Shown here: positions 46,182 to 54,935 of the stretch, piece by piece | Numbering within the stretch: the first letter of the stretch is position 1 | Layout of the letters: the number at the start of each line of letters is the position of its first letter | From: Dehalococcoidia bacterium | GTDB taxonomy: Bacteria; Chloroflexota; Dehalococcoidia; Lucifugimonadales; JAGWBF01 | Assembly: GCA_965116325.1 (NCBI GenBank) | Contig: OZ220675.1 | Span: 246,929 to 310,928, forward strand | Reading direction: 5' to 3' | DNA length: 64,000 nucleotides | Made by a program: the position numbers and the translations under genes | The notes under the pieces: model-generated | Seen by the model: only the letters and a program-made list of their open reading frames with translations | Told to the model about the DNA's origin: nothing | Databases searched by the model: none

Positions 46182-47356
46182 TAGAGCCCCTCCACTCTGG
46201 TCTGGCTGTCGGTAGCGCTACCGACCTCCGCCTGGTACTGGCCGACATGATGGAAGCCGTGAGAGCGAGGACCCTGAGCCTTATGTTTCTCCACGATGTC
46301 AGTCATCCACTTGTTGTAGCCGTCCTTGCTCTCTTGCCAGGCTTCCCATTGGCTCTCGTTGCCTTCGAACTCTGCCTCGTTGACCATGGTTATGCAGTCG
46401 GGGACGGGGCAGACATCCTCGCAGACTCCGCAACCGCAGCAGGACTCCATGTTGGAGTCGTACAGCCCATCGGGGGTCACATCGAAACAGGAGTCGGGGC
46501 AGTGCAGCCAGCACAGGGTGCACTTGATGCACGTCTCGAAGTTAACCACCGGGCGCATGGTGCGGGTGCTCCACTTCTTGAAGTAGGGGTTTCGGACCGG
46601 CTCGTACCCGCCGTCACCACCACGGAAGCCTGTACCCTGTTCCACGTTGCGCACTACCAGGGCTTCTTCCATGGTTGTCCAGCCAGGCATATCGAAGCTG
46701 AAGGGCTCCTCGGGGTTGCCCTCGCCCGGCTCCACCACGCGGGTCTCCATTCGCTCGAATGACTTCCGAGCCGAGTCCACTTTCACAGGGTTGTTCCACT
46801 GCTCCAAGATCGCCTCTTCCACTGCCTCGAGGCTCACCATTTCGGGGCACACTTTGCAAATGGCTCCCAGCACGCGGACATCGGTGTGGTCGTCCTTGTA
46901 AACCCAGAGGCCGGAGAAGCTGGTGCTGCCCTGGACTACTCCGATGTTGTAAGGAACATCCTTGGTGTGGATATCGCTTACCAGTTCGCCCCTGCCCTGT
47001 ACCGAGGTTACCAGGACAGTTCCGGTTTCCTTGGTAAGCTGGTTGATGGGCTGAAGGCCGTACCAACCCCAGGACTCCACTCCCTTGCAGAGGGTGTCGT
47101 CCACGGCGACGGTAACGTCCACGTTGTCCGCCTCGTACATCGCCAGGTTCTCTTCCAGCTCTTCCTGGGTGTCGGCCACCACGGCGAAGTACTTTGCGGG
47201 GATGCCGTTCCTCTCCGGGGAATCTCCATACCTTCCGAAGCCTATTCCAACTTTCCCTTCCTTCCGGGCTGCCAGGACGATGCCCCGGCAGATATTCCGG
47301 GCGAGGGTCTTTTGGAATATGCCCCTGTAGACCACCTCAAGCGACGTTTTGGCCAT
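46181..47356 (-). CDS. fused gamma/delta subunit with two [4Fe-4S] motifs
   Basis: Gamma-like N-domain; CIKCTLCWLHCP and CCGCGVCEDVCP. Confidence 0.9.
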   Translation of the reverse strand: MAKTSLEVVYRGIFQKTLARNICRGIVLAARKEGKVGIGFGRYGDSPERNGIPAKYFAVVADTQEELEENLAMYEADNVDVTVAVDDTLCKGVESWGWYGLQPINQLTKETGTVLVTSVQGRGELVSDIHTKDVPYNIGVVQGSTSFSGLWVYKDDHTDVRVLGAICKVCPEMVSLEAVEEAILEQWNNPVKVDSARKSFERMETRVVEPGEGNPEEPFSFDMPGWTTMEEALVVRNVEQGTGFRGGDGGYEPVRNPYFKKWSTRTMRPVVNFETCIKCTLCWLHCPDSCFDVTPDGLYDSNMESCCGCGVCEDVCPVPDCITMVNEAEFEGNESQWEAWQESKDGYNKWMTDIVEKHKAQGPRSHGFHHVGQYQAEVGSATDSQTRVEGL

Positions 47357-47434
47357 GGTTCCTCCTTACCATTGTTTCGCTATGTGCCGATCTGTTCCGT
47401 ATCTACAGCAGCAGGTACTGGGACACTGCTTTCA

Positions 47435-48163
47435 TTAGTCCGATGCAGAGCCCGCAAGCTCTTCCGCCGAGCCTCCGAGGACATATGCAGGCTCTACCTC
47501 GGTGATGTGGTGTTCCATGGCCGTCCTAGCCCCATCGGAGTTTCCCGAACTGACCATGTGCAGGATCTGGCGATGGGATGCCAAAGAGCGCTGGGGCCTT
47601 CCCGGCCTCTGCATTGCATGGTCCCTCGATTGGGCGAGAATATCGGACATGGTCGAGATCACCTTGACCAGCACCGGGTTTTGGGTCCCCTGGGCCAGCG
47701 CGAAATGGAAGGCGGTGTCGCCATCCACGCCAGTTCCGCCGTTGGTGATCTGAGTCTCCTGGTCTTCGATGGCTGCCAGCATGCGCTCCCAATCGTCGGC
47801 GGTGGAGCGTTCCGCCGCCAGTGAGGCGATATGGGGTTCCAGCAGGTGGCGTACCTCGAAGATGTCCTCCAGGTCTCGGTTGGCCTCGGTGAGGGTGGAA
47901 ACGATGATGGAAGCCAGGGGTTCCAGGGACTCGGAGCTTACATAGGTCCCCGATCCCGGGCGGCTGACCACCATACCTTGAAGCTCCAGCGACCGCATAG
48001 CCTCGCGCAGGGAGCCTCGCCCCACCTGGAAGCGTTCGGCGAGCTCCCTCTCCGAGGGCAGGCGGTCTCCCGGCTTCAGCACACCATCTCGTATCAGGTC
48101 CCGTATCTGGCCTGCTATATCCTGGTGTATCTTCCGGCGCTGTATTACCTGGAAATCTTCCAT
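47435..48163 (-). CDS. GntR (FadR subfamily) transcriptional regulator
   Basis: PGDRLPSERELAERFQVGRGSLREA wHTH plus an FCD domain (D.AFH, ASH). Confidence 0.95.
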   Translation of the reverse strand: MEDFQVIQRRKIHQDIAGQIRDLIRDGVLKPGDRLPSERELAERFQVGRGSLREAMRSLELQGMVVSRPGSGTYVSSESLEPLASIIVSTLTEANRDLEDIFEVRHLLEPHIASLAAERSTADDWERMLAAIEDQETQITNGGTGVDGDTAFHFALAQGTQNPVLVKVISTMSDILAQSRDHAMQRPGRPQRSLASHRQILHMVSSGNSDGARTAMEHHITEVEPAYVLGGSAEELAGSASD

Positions 48164-48174
48164 CCACTCTCTCG

Positions 48175-48201
48175 TGGTCAGATGGTCTGGTGGTCTGACC
48201 A
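48175..48201. promoter_or_regulatory. FadR-type operator, just downstream of a TTGACA-N17-TACTTT promoter (48217-48245, minus strand)
   Basis: TGGTC occurs three times at an 8-bp period, ending in TGGTCTGACCA, which matches the FadR-family TGGT-N3-ACCA. Confidence 0.75.
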
Positions 48202-48398
48202 ATTGAGGCTTCGGAAAAAGTATCACGCTTCGTTTTGTCTGTCAATACCCCGGAGAAACTCTCAAATCGAATCGAGGAAGCCTTGTCTAAGAGGAGAGGA
48301 GCGTTACCGACCGTGGTCAGTCTCTTGGAAGGACGCGGAGTTCAGGTTACAATGGGCCGACTACATCCATCCACGGGGGACCGGAAGCAACTACACAT

Positions 48399-48716
48399 AT
48401 GGACAACGAACCCGAAAAGGTTGAACTTGAGGACCAGGGAATCCGCATAACCTGGAAGGACGGCCACCGCAGTATCTACTCCCACCGGGTGCTTAGGCTG
48501 AAGTGCCCCTGTGCCCAGTGTGTGGACGAAATGACCCATGAGCTGCGCCTCGACCCGGATACCGTCCCCATGGATGTGCGGGCAGAAGACCACTTGACGG
48601 TCGGCAACTACGCCCTGCAGTTTCTGTGGAGCGACGTCCACTACACCGGCATCTACACCTACGAGTTCCTGCGATCCACCTGCACCTGCATGGAGTGTTT
48701 GGCCGCCAGGGACTAA
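48399..48716 (+). CDS. DUF971 (GBBH-like N-terminal) domain protein
   Basis: WKDGH, LRLKCPCAQC, GNYAL and W.D...GIY motifs. Confidence 0.9.
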   Translation: MDNEPEKVELEDQGIRITWKDGHRSIYSHRVLRLKCPCAQCVDEMTHELRLDPDTVPMDVRAEDHLTVGNYALQFLWSDVHYTGIYTYEFLRSTCTCMECLAARD

Positions 48717-48744
48717 ATCGCGTCGCAATAGGGGTGCGAGACGA

Positions 48745-48978
48745 TTAAGGGCTGCCGGGTGTTTCCGGCTTGGGAGTGGATGGCTTCGAGGGGCTCACCT
48801 GGGCCCCTGCCTTGAAGATGTGGCCGTACACCCCGTCCCTGAACCCGAACACCGAGAACTTGCGCTTGCCCGGCGAATCGCATTCGGGACATGCTGAGGG
48901 ATCGTCCCTGCGGGCAAGGGGGCGGACCGACTCAAATACGTTCCCGCAGCTTGTGCACTCGTACTCGTAAACAGGCAT
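48745..48978 (-). CDS. FmdB-family zinc-ribbon protein
   Basis: MPVYEYECTSCG...CPEC...KFS pattern. Confidence 0.88.
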   Translation of the reverse strand: MPVYEYECTSCGNVFESVRPLARRDDPSACPECDSPGKRKFSVFGFRDGVYGHIFKAGAQVSPSKPSTPKPETPGSP

Positions 48979-48999
48979 AACTTCCTCTCGAAACTGGGA

Positions 49000-50217
49000 T
49001 CAGATGGTCCCCGAACCTCTCAAGCTTTCGATCTGCGCAGCAGAGTACCCCAGGACCTGCCCCAACACCTCTTCGTTATGTTGACCCAATGTGGGCGCCG
49101 GCCCAAACTTCTCGTCGCCCAGCTTGACGGGATTCCCGGGCATGGCATACCTGCCGGCCGTTGGATGCTCAGCCTCCACCAGCATATTCCTGTGCAGTAC
49201 CTGGGGGTCTTCGTAGGCTTCCTTGATGTTGTTGATCCGCGCGACTGGCAGCCTCTCGCCCAATAGGCCCATCCACTCATCGGCTGACTTGGCTGCGAAC
49301 GCCGATTCCAAGATCTTCTTGAGTTGATCCCAGTTCTTCCTGCGCCCGTCGATTGTTGTAAACCGGGAGTCCGTAGGGAAGTCTGCACATTCCTCAAGTT
49401 CTTCAGCCAGAACGTTGGCCAGCTCTTCGTAGAACTTCTGGGTGGCACAGTGGATCTGTAGATACCGGCCATCCCTGGTCAGGAAAGCCCCGTTGGGTAG
49501 GTTAGCTGACTGCACAGACCCACCTGCCGTCGGGATTCTTCCGCTTCCCAGGTACATTTCAGCAAGATGCCCCTGGAAAGTCAGATGAACGTCCAGCAAG
49601 CTCAGGTCCAGCTCGCACCCTTCTCCGGTGCGCTCCCTGGCCAGGAGGGCGGCAAGGATTCCCACGCTGGCCCCATAGCTGGCGCCGATGTCCGCAACGG
49701 CGAAGCCCATCACTCCCGGCTCGCCGTCGAGCTCCCCCGTTACGCTCATTGCGCCGGCTATCGCCTGGGCCACCGAGTCGAAAACGGGCCTGTCCCTGTA
49801 TGGCCCATCTTTCCCGAAACCCGATATGGAGCAGCAGATGATGGTGGGGTTTATCTTCTTCAAGGTGGCGTAGTCGACTCCCAGCCGGGCAGTTACGCCC
49901 GGGCGGAAGTTATCCAGCACCACATCTGAAATCCCGACCAGGTCGTAGAACACCTGGCGCCCCTCGTCCCGGCGCAGGTCGATAGTCATACCTTTCTTGC
50001 TGCGGTTGTAGATCATGTAGTACATGCTCTCGCCGCCGATGAAGGAAGCGCCCATGTTGCGGGCGGCCTCACCTACCTTGGGGGGTTCCACCTTGATAAC
50101 CTCCGCCCCCAGGTCGGCCATCATTCTCGATGATGCCGGACCCGAGAGGGCTTGGGACAGGTCCAGCAGACGTATGCTGCCCAGGGGCGATTTCATCGGT
50201 GCGCTCCGGTTGCCCAT
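49000..50217 (-). CDS. CoA-transferase family III (CaiB/BaiF)
   Basis: LGAEVIKVE, NRSKK, DNFRPG, ISGFG and FD motifs. Confidence 0.93.
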   Translation of the reverse strand: MGNRSAPMKSPLGSIRLLDLSQALSGPASSRMMADLGAEVIKVEPPKVGEAARNMGASFIGGESMYYMIYNRSKKGMTIDLRRDEGRQVFYDLVGISDVVLDNFRPGVTARLGVDYATLKKINPTIICCSISGFGKDGPYRDRPVFDSVAQAIAGAMSVTGELDGEPGVMGFAVADIGASYGASVGILAALLARERTGEGCELDLSLLDVHLTFQGHLAEMYLGSGRIPTAGGSVQSANLPNGAFLTRDGRYLQIHCATQKFYEELANVLAEELEECADFPTDSRFTTIDGRRKNWDQLKKILESAFAAKSADEWMGLLGERLPVARINNIKEAYEDPQVLHRNMLVEAEHPTAGRYAMPGNPVKLGDEKFGPAPTLGQHNEEVLGQVLGYSAAQIESLRGSGTI

Positions 50218-50230
50218 GATTCAGGGAAGG

Positions 50231-51112
50231 CTATGTTCCCGCCAGGAAGCTGTCCAAGGTCTGGGCCAGCTCCACCGGGGTGTGATAACCGATATCGTGG
50301 GAGCTGTCCTTGATCCAGACCACACGACTATCCTTCAGGGCCGCTTGGGCAGCGTCCACCATCATCCGGCGGGATTGGGCCAGCTCGGGGCTTCCCGTGC
50401 CTGGCCTTCTCTCGGCGGCAAGGATGATGGTAGGACACTGGACAAGGCCAAACATGGTCGATGGAGGGTTGTTCCACATGGCTTCCATGACCTGGGCATG
50501 GTTGCTGGGTTCCAGGATATCCTGGATCGACCCGTCTGGCAGCTCCCGTACCATGGTCAGGACAATGCGCTCCAGTTCATCGCTCCAGCAGTCGGAGAGC
50601 TGCTCCTTCAGTATGTCCAGGAAGTCCTCCTTGACGGGAGGGACGTTGCGGGGTCTCAGCCGGTTCTTGAAGGACTCCCATGTCGCGTCCGGCCTCATGG
50701 ACCAGTCCTGAAACCCTCCATCGATCAACGCCAGGGCCGCGATCCGGTCGGGGTGCTTGGCCGCGACGCTCAGAGCGACGTGCCCACCCCAGGAGTGCCC
50801 GCACAGGTTCACCTTCTCAAGGCCAAGCAGGTCCAGCGCCGAAACGATATCGCCGGCAAGGGTATCCCAGTCGTAGCCGGTGGACGGCTGGTCAGTCTTG
50901 CCGTGACCCCTCTGGTCGGGGGCGATGCACCTGTAGGAACCGCGCAGATGGGGAATAACCAGGTCATACCAGTGACAGGAGGATGCCAGGCCGTGGAGGG
51001 CGAGCAGGGGCAGGTTGCCCTTGTCTCCGTCGGAGGGCGGTCCCCAATCCAGGTAGTGCATCTGAATCTCCCTGGTCTGCATCCAGTTGTCTTGGGGGGC
51101 ATTGGCTCCCAT
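50231..51112 (-). CDS. alpha/beta hydrolase
   Basis: LHGL, DQRGHG and GHSWGG motifs. Confidence 0.9.
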   Translation of the reverse strand: MGANAPQDNWMQTREIQMHYLDWGPPSDGDKGNLPLLALHGLASSCHWYDLVIPHLRGSYRCIAPDQRGHGKTDQPSTGYDWDTLAGDIVSALDLLGLEKVNLCGHSWGGHVALSVAAKHPDRIAALALIDGGFQDWSMRPDATWESFKNRLRPRNVPPVKEDFLDILKEQLSDCWSDELERIVLTMVRELPDGSIQDILEPSNHAQVMEAMWNNPPSTMFGLVQCPTIILAAERRPGTGSPELAQSRRMMVDAAQAALKDSRVVWIKDSSHDIGYHTPVELAQTLDSFLAGT

Positions 51113-51157
51113 TCAGTAGCTCCTTCGAGAGTTCAAGTTACTGACTTGTCTACTGGA

Positions 51158-51634
51158 TTATATGAGGTCTGTGAAGTGGGAAGGCAAAACACCATTGTCC
51201 ACTATGGCTTTTCGCTTCTTGAAAAGCCACCGCCCCTCTTGGCGCACCAGGTGGTCTTCATACTCGCCGCAGGCATGGAACCGGGTGACTCCGTCATCGC
51301 CGGTGCGGTATATGACGAAATAGCTGTTTGCCGTGGCCTCATAATCGGACAGCGGGAAGATGGAGATGTTGGAAAGGGTGTGCAGGGTCTTACCCCTTCC
51401 GACCTGCCAGAACCCCATCAAGAATGTAACCCTCTCTTTTAGGGACTCTTTGCCGTCATCTTTGAAGAGATAGAGTCCGTTTTCCTGGTTGTTCTCGTAG
51501 GTTATGGCTGAGTAGCTTCCATCCTCGGTGAACAGGTCCAGCCATTCCCGGAACTGATGATGGTCAACCAGCCGGGCGCATTCGAACATCAGGGCGCGGA
51601 TCTGCCCTTCGTGGTTTTCGTTTCCACCTGCCAT
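51158..51634 (-). CDS. aromatic ring-hydroxylating dioxygenase beta subunit
   Basis: SnoaL-like fold (EWLDLF, G.Y.D); follows the alpha subunit. Confidence 0.85.
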   Translation of the reverse strand: MAGGNENHEGQIRALMFECARLVDHHQFREWLDLFTEDGSYSAITYENNQENGLYLFKDDGKESLKERVTFLMGFWQVGRGKTLHTLSNISIFPLSDYEATANSYFVIYRTGDDGVTRFHACGEYEDHLVRQEGRWLFKKRKAIVDNGVLPSHFTDLI

Positions 51635-51691
51635 CAGGGACTCCCCCGTGCATCCTCTATTCGAGGCCTCGCTAGAAGCAGGGACGAGGGT

Positions 51692-52906
51692 TTAGAGGGC
51701 ATGCTCGCCCATGTAGCGGCGCCATGCGTGATAGAAGCTGCGCATGGAGTATTCGTCCCGCTTGTCCCCAACCTTGCCGGGCACCTGACCACGGGACATG
51801 TTGGACCAGGGGACCGCGCTGGCGCCGAAGCCCATCTGGCAGCGAACTACAGCTTCGTTATCGTCCCCGCTGACCTTGCCCGACGATGCCTGGCTGTCCA
51901 GGGTGCGCTCCAATCGCCACTCCCGGGCTGGTCCGGACTCGCCTTTAGTTCCCAGCGCCAGCAGTTCCACCACCGTGCGGTTGACAGCTTGAGGACGGAG
52001 CACCTGGATGATGTTCATCATCCCACCCGTCATGAACTGCAGGTCCATGTTTGGGAACACGGTGATGATACGGTGGTCTTGCTTGAAGTCGACGTCGAAG
52101 GGAGGCCTCTGCCAGAGGGGGTTATCGGAGATGTTGTTCTCCAGGCCCGACGTCTCCCGCATGGCCGCAACGATGCGCTGGGGGTCCCTCTGGGGAGGGA
52201 ATCTCAGCATTCCATGTCCCTCATCCAGCCAGTAGTTGTTGCCCTGGACCTCGATGCCTCGATACCCCGTGCCCACGACGGGATGGGTGAACTCCGGGTG
52301 GTAGTTGTCGGCAAAGTTTTCGTGCCAGCTCTTCCAGTTGCCGTCGTAGGCCCACCGAACCCTTCCCAGGGACTCGGTCCCTTCCACCACCTCCCGGACG
52401 TAGGGTCCTACCTCCCCCATGTATGCTTCCAGAGGGTCTGCCTCATCGTTCAGGGATACGAATATCAGGCCCGCGAAGGTTTCCACCCGGATAGATGGAA
52501 TGTCGTACACATCCCGATTGAACTCCTGACCGTATGCGTCGGGATATGGCACTCCGATGCAGCGTCCCTCCTGGTCGAAGGTCCAACCGTGGTACATGCA
52601 TCTGAACGCTGCCCCGCAGTTGCCCTTGCGCCGGGTGGTCAAGGCGGCGCCGCGATGGGTGCACACATTGTAGAAGGCGTTGAGGGCGCCGTCCCTATTC
52701 TTGCACAGGATGATCGGCTGCTCCCCAATGGTGGCGCTCATGAAGTCCCCGGGCCCTTGAAGCTCGCTCTCGTGGGCGACGAACTGCCATGTGCGGGCGA
52801 AGACCTGGGTCATCTCGGTCTTGTAAATCTGGGGGTCCGTGTAAACGCGCCGGTCGATGACGCGGGACATATCCAGCCCTAGGTGAGGAAGTTGCTTTTC
52901 CGTCAT
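51692..52906 (-). CDS. Rieske aromatic ring-hydroxylating dioxygenase alpha subunit
   Basis: CTHRG...CMYHGW Rieske motif, ENFADNYH.EFTH and DD iron ligands. Confidence 0.95.
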   Translation of the reverse strand: MTEKQLPHLGLDMSRVIDRRVYTDPQIYKTEMTQVFARTWQFVAHESELQGPGDFMSATIGEQPIILCKNRDGALNAFYNVCTHRGAALTTRRKGNCGAAFRCMYHGWTFDQEGRCIGVPYPDAYGQEFNRDVYDIPSIRVETFAGLIFVSLNDEADPLEAYMGEVGPYVREVVEGTESLGRVRWAYDGNWKSWHENFADNYHPEFTHPVVGTGYRGIEVQGNNYWLDEGHGMLRFPPQRDPQRIVAAMRETSGLENNISDNPLWQRPPFDVDFKQDHRIITVFPNMDLQFMTGGMMNIIQVLRPQAVNRTVVELLALGTKGESGPAREWRLERTLDSQASSGKVSGDDNEAVVRCQMGFGASAVPWSNMSRGQVPGKVGDKRDEYSMRSFYHAWRRYMGEHAL

Positions 52907-52972
52907 TCGCCGGCTCCTGAAGGGACTGTTGCCGGGATCCCTGTGCCTCTTCCCAAGGTCGATGCCTGTAAG

Positions 52973-53893
52973 CTACCGGCTTGCGGGGGTCGGGACCCCG
53001 CTCTGGGAGGCGGGCACGGGTTTGTGACCCCACAGGCTGCCCGTTGTGTAGTGCTGGATGGTCCAGGTGGAATCATCCACCAAGCGACCTTCGCACCCGT
53101 ACTCCACCCGGAAACCCGAGGGGCAGAGCATATAGAAGGAGACCATGTGGTCGTTTGTGTGGCGTCCCAGGCTGGTGGCTATGGGGACGCCATTCTCCTG
53201 GCACAGGTAGTAGGTTGCGCCCACATCATCCAGAGATTGGACCTCTACCATGAAGTGGGAGATCCTCGGCCCTTGAGTGCCTGCGGCTCTGCCGGCAAGG
53301 GCCAGGGAGTGATGCCTTGGGTTGCAGTGGAAGAAGGACATCTTGAGCTGGCGGTCGGGGCGGTTGATCTCCACGAAGTCGCTGATCTTGAGTCCCAGGA
53401 CATCGCGGTAGAAGGCTGTGCCTTTTGGAAGGTCGTTGACGTTTAGGACAACGTGTCCCAAACCCATGTTACCTGTGACGAACCCCTTGATGGGACGGCG
53501 GGATTGGAAGGCTGCGTCGGGCTGCACCAGGGCACCCTGAAAGACTTCGGTCCTGAGACCATCGGGGTCTTCGAAGGAGATCATGTCCATGACCTTCCGG
53601 GAGGCCAGCTCTTCACTGGTGCCGGATCGCACCGCCACACCGGCAGCCTTGAGATTGGAATGCACTTCGTCGAAGGCTGCCTTCGTGGGCGTCTGCCATC
53701 CCACGTAGGCCACATCGTCGGCGCCGTCGGGGTGAAGGATGAACCTGTGATGGTAGTCGTCCATGCGCAGGTACAAGCTGCCATCGTCGGAGCGCTCGGA
53801 AACGACCATTCCCAGGATGTCCGAGGCGTACTCCTCCCACTTGGTAAGGTCTGCGACCCCCAGTCCCAGGTAACCAAGCTGCGTTATGCTCAT
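52973..53893 (-). CDS. type I extradiol ring-cleavage dioxygenase (BphC/HsaC-like)
   Basis: GLGHVV, CNPRHHS, HFMVE and GRHTNDHMVSFY...EYG motifs. Confidence 0.94.
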   Translation of the reverse strand: MSITQLGYLGLGVADLTKWEEYASDILGMVVSERSDDGSLYLRMDDYHHRFILHPDGADDVAYVGWQTPTKAAFDEVHSNLKAAGVAVRSGTSEELASRKVMDMISFEDPDGLRTEVFQGALVQPDAAFQSRRPIKGFVTGNMGLGHVVLNVNDLPKGTAFYRDVLGLKISDFVEINRPDRQLKMSFFHCNPRHHSLALAGRAAGTQGPRISHFMVEVQSLDDVGATYYLCQENGVPIATSLGRHTNDHMVSFYMLCPSGFRVEYGCEGRLVDDSTWTIQHYTTGSLWGHKPVPASQSGVPTPASR

Positions 53894-53920
53894 CGGATCA
53901 TCCCCCTAGCTAGCTGACCC

Positions 53921-53994
53921 AGTATATTCACCCCATTTTGGCGGTGTCAACCGAAGGGCCACAAGGCTGGAGGCCCCGTAGCCCATGCTATACT
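53921..53994. promoter_or_regulatory. divergent promoters of the aromatic cluster
   Basis: Minus strand TTGACA-N18-TATACT (53921-53950); plus strand extended -10 TGCTATACT near 53986-53994. Confidence 0.6.
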
Positions 53995-54057
53995 CCCCTA
54001 GTGGTCAGGATGTGAACAGGCATCGTATTTCCAGCTTGCGAGATTCGGGAGGTCCCA

Positions 54058-54927
54058 ATGTCCAGCATCTGGGTTGACCTGATGGGTGCGGAGGTCCACT
54101 ACTACCAAGGCCGGTACAAGACCCGGGTGATTGAGGCCGGGAGCGGCGAGCCCCTGGTGCTGATTCACGGCGTGGGTGGCCACGCCGAGGCTTACAGCCG
54201 CAACATCATGCGCCTCTCGAAGCACTACCGTGTGATGGCCATCGATCTGCTGTGGCATGGCTACTCCCAGCGAGACGGGTTTGTCGCCGGCCAGCAGATG
54301 GAGCTCTTCTCTGACCAGGTCGTGGATTTGCTGGACCAGATCGGGGCTGAAAGGGGCCACGTGGAAGGTGAGTCCCTGGGTGGCTGGGTGGGCCTGACCA
54401 TGGCTATGAACCATCCCGATCGGCTGGGTAAGCTCATACTCAACACCACCATCGGTGTAGCCTTCAAGGAGACCGCTCCCAGGGAGGACCGGGCCGGAGG
54501 GCGCAGCCTGTTGGCATCCAGGTCCATGGCCGCCATAGAAGATCCAACCAAGGAGACCATCCGTCAGCGTCTCGAATGGCTCATGGCATCGCCCGACCGG
54601 GTTACCGATGAGCTGGTTGAGACCAGGCTGAAGATATACAGCGACCCCGAAGCCAAGGAGTCCCTGGGGCGGGTGTTTGCCAACTCATTTGGTCAGGGCA
54701 AGTCATCCCGGCGCTTTTCCGAAGAGGAGCTGAGCAACATCAAGGCGCCGACCTTGGTGCTATGGTCCGAGAAAAACCCAGGCACCGGCCCGGATGTGGG
54801 GCGGTACCTGGCCACGCTGATACCTGGGGCGCAATGTTATGTAATGCAGGATGCAGCCCACTGGCCCCAGTGGGAACATCCCGAGGAACATGACAAGGTG
54901 GTGCTGGACTTCCTAAAGGGCAGCTAA
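54058..54927 (+). CDS. meta-cleavage product hydrolase-like alpha/beta hydrolase (MhpC/BphD-like)
   Basis: GESLGG and AHWPQWEHP motifs. Confidence 0.85.
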   Translation: MSSIWVDLMGAEVHYYQGRYKTRVIEAGSGEPLVLIHGVGGHAEAYSRNIMRLSKHYRVMAIDLLWHGYSQRDGFVAGQQMELFSDQVVDLLDQIGAERGHVEGESLGGWVGLTMAMNHPDRLGKLILNTTIGVAFKETAPREDRAGGRSLLASRSMAAIEDPTKETIRQRLEWLMASPDRVTDELVETRLKIYSDPEAKESLGRVFANSFGQGKSSRRFSEEELSNIKAPTLVLWSEKNPGTGPDVGRYLATLIPGAQCYVMQDAAHWPQWEHPEEHDKVVLDFLKGS

Positions 54928-54935
54928 AGCCCTGC

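Noticed and set aside
50024-52882. Long plus-strand ORFs (472 aa and 441 aa), and similar ones elsewhere in the track
   Set aside because: Antisense shadows of well-supported minus-strand genes, expected in GC-rich DNA.
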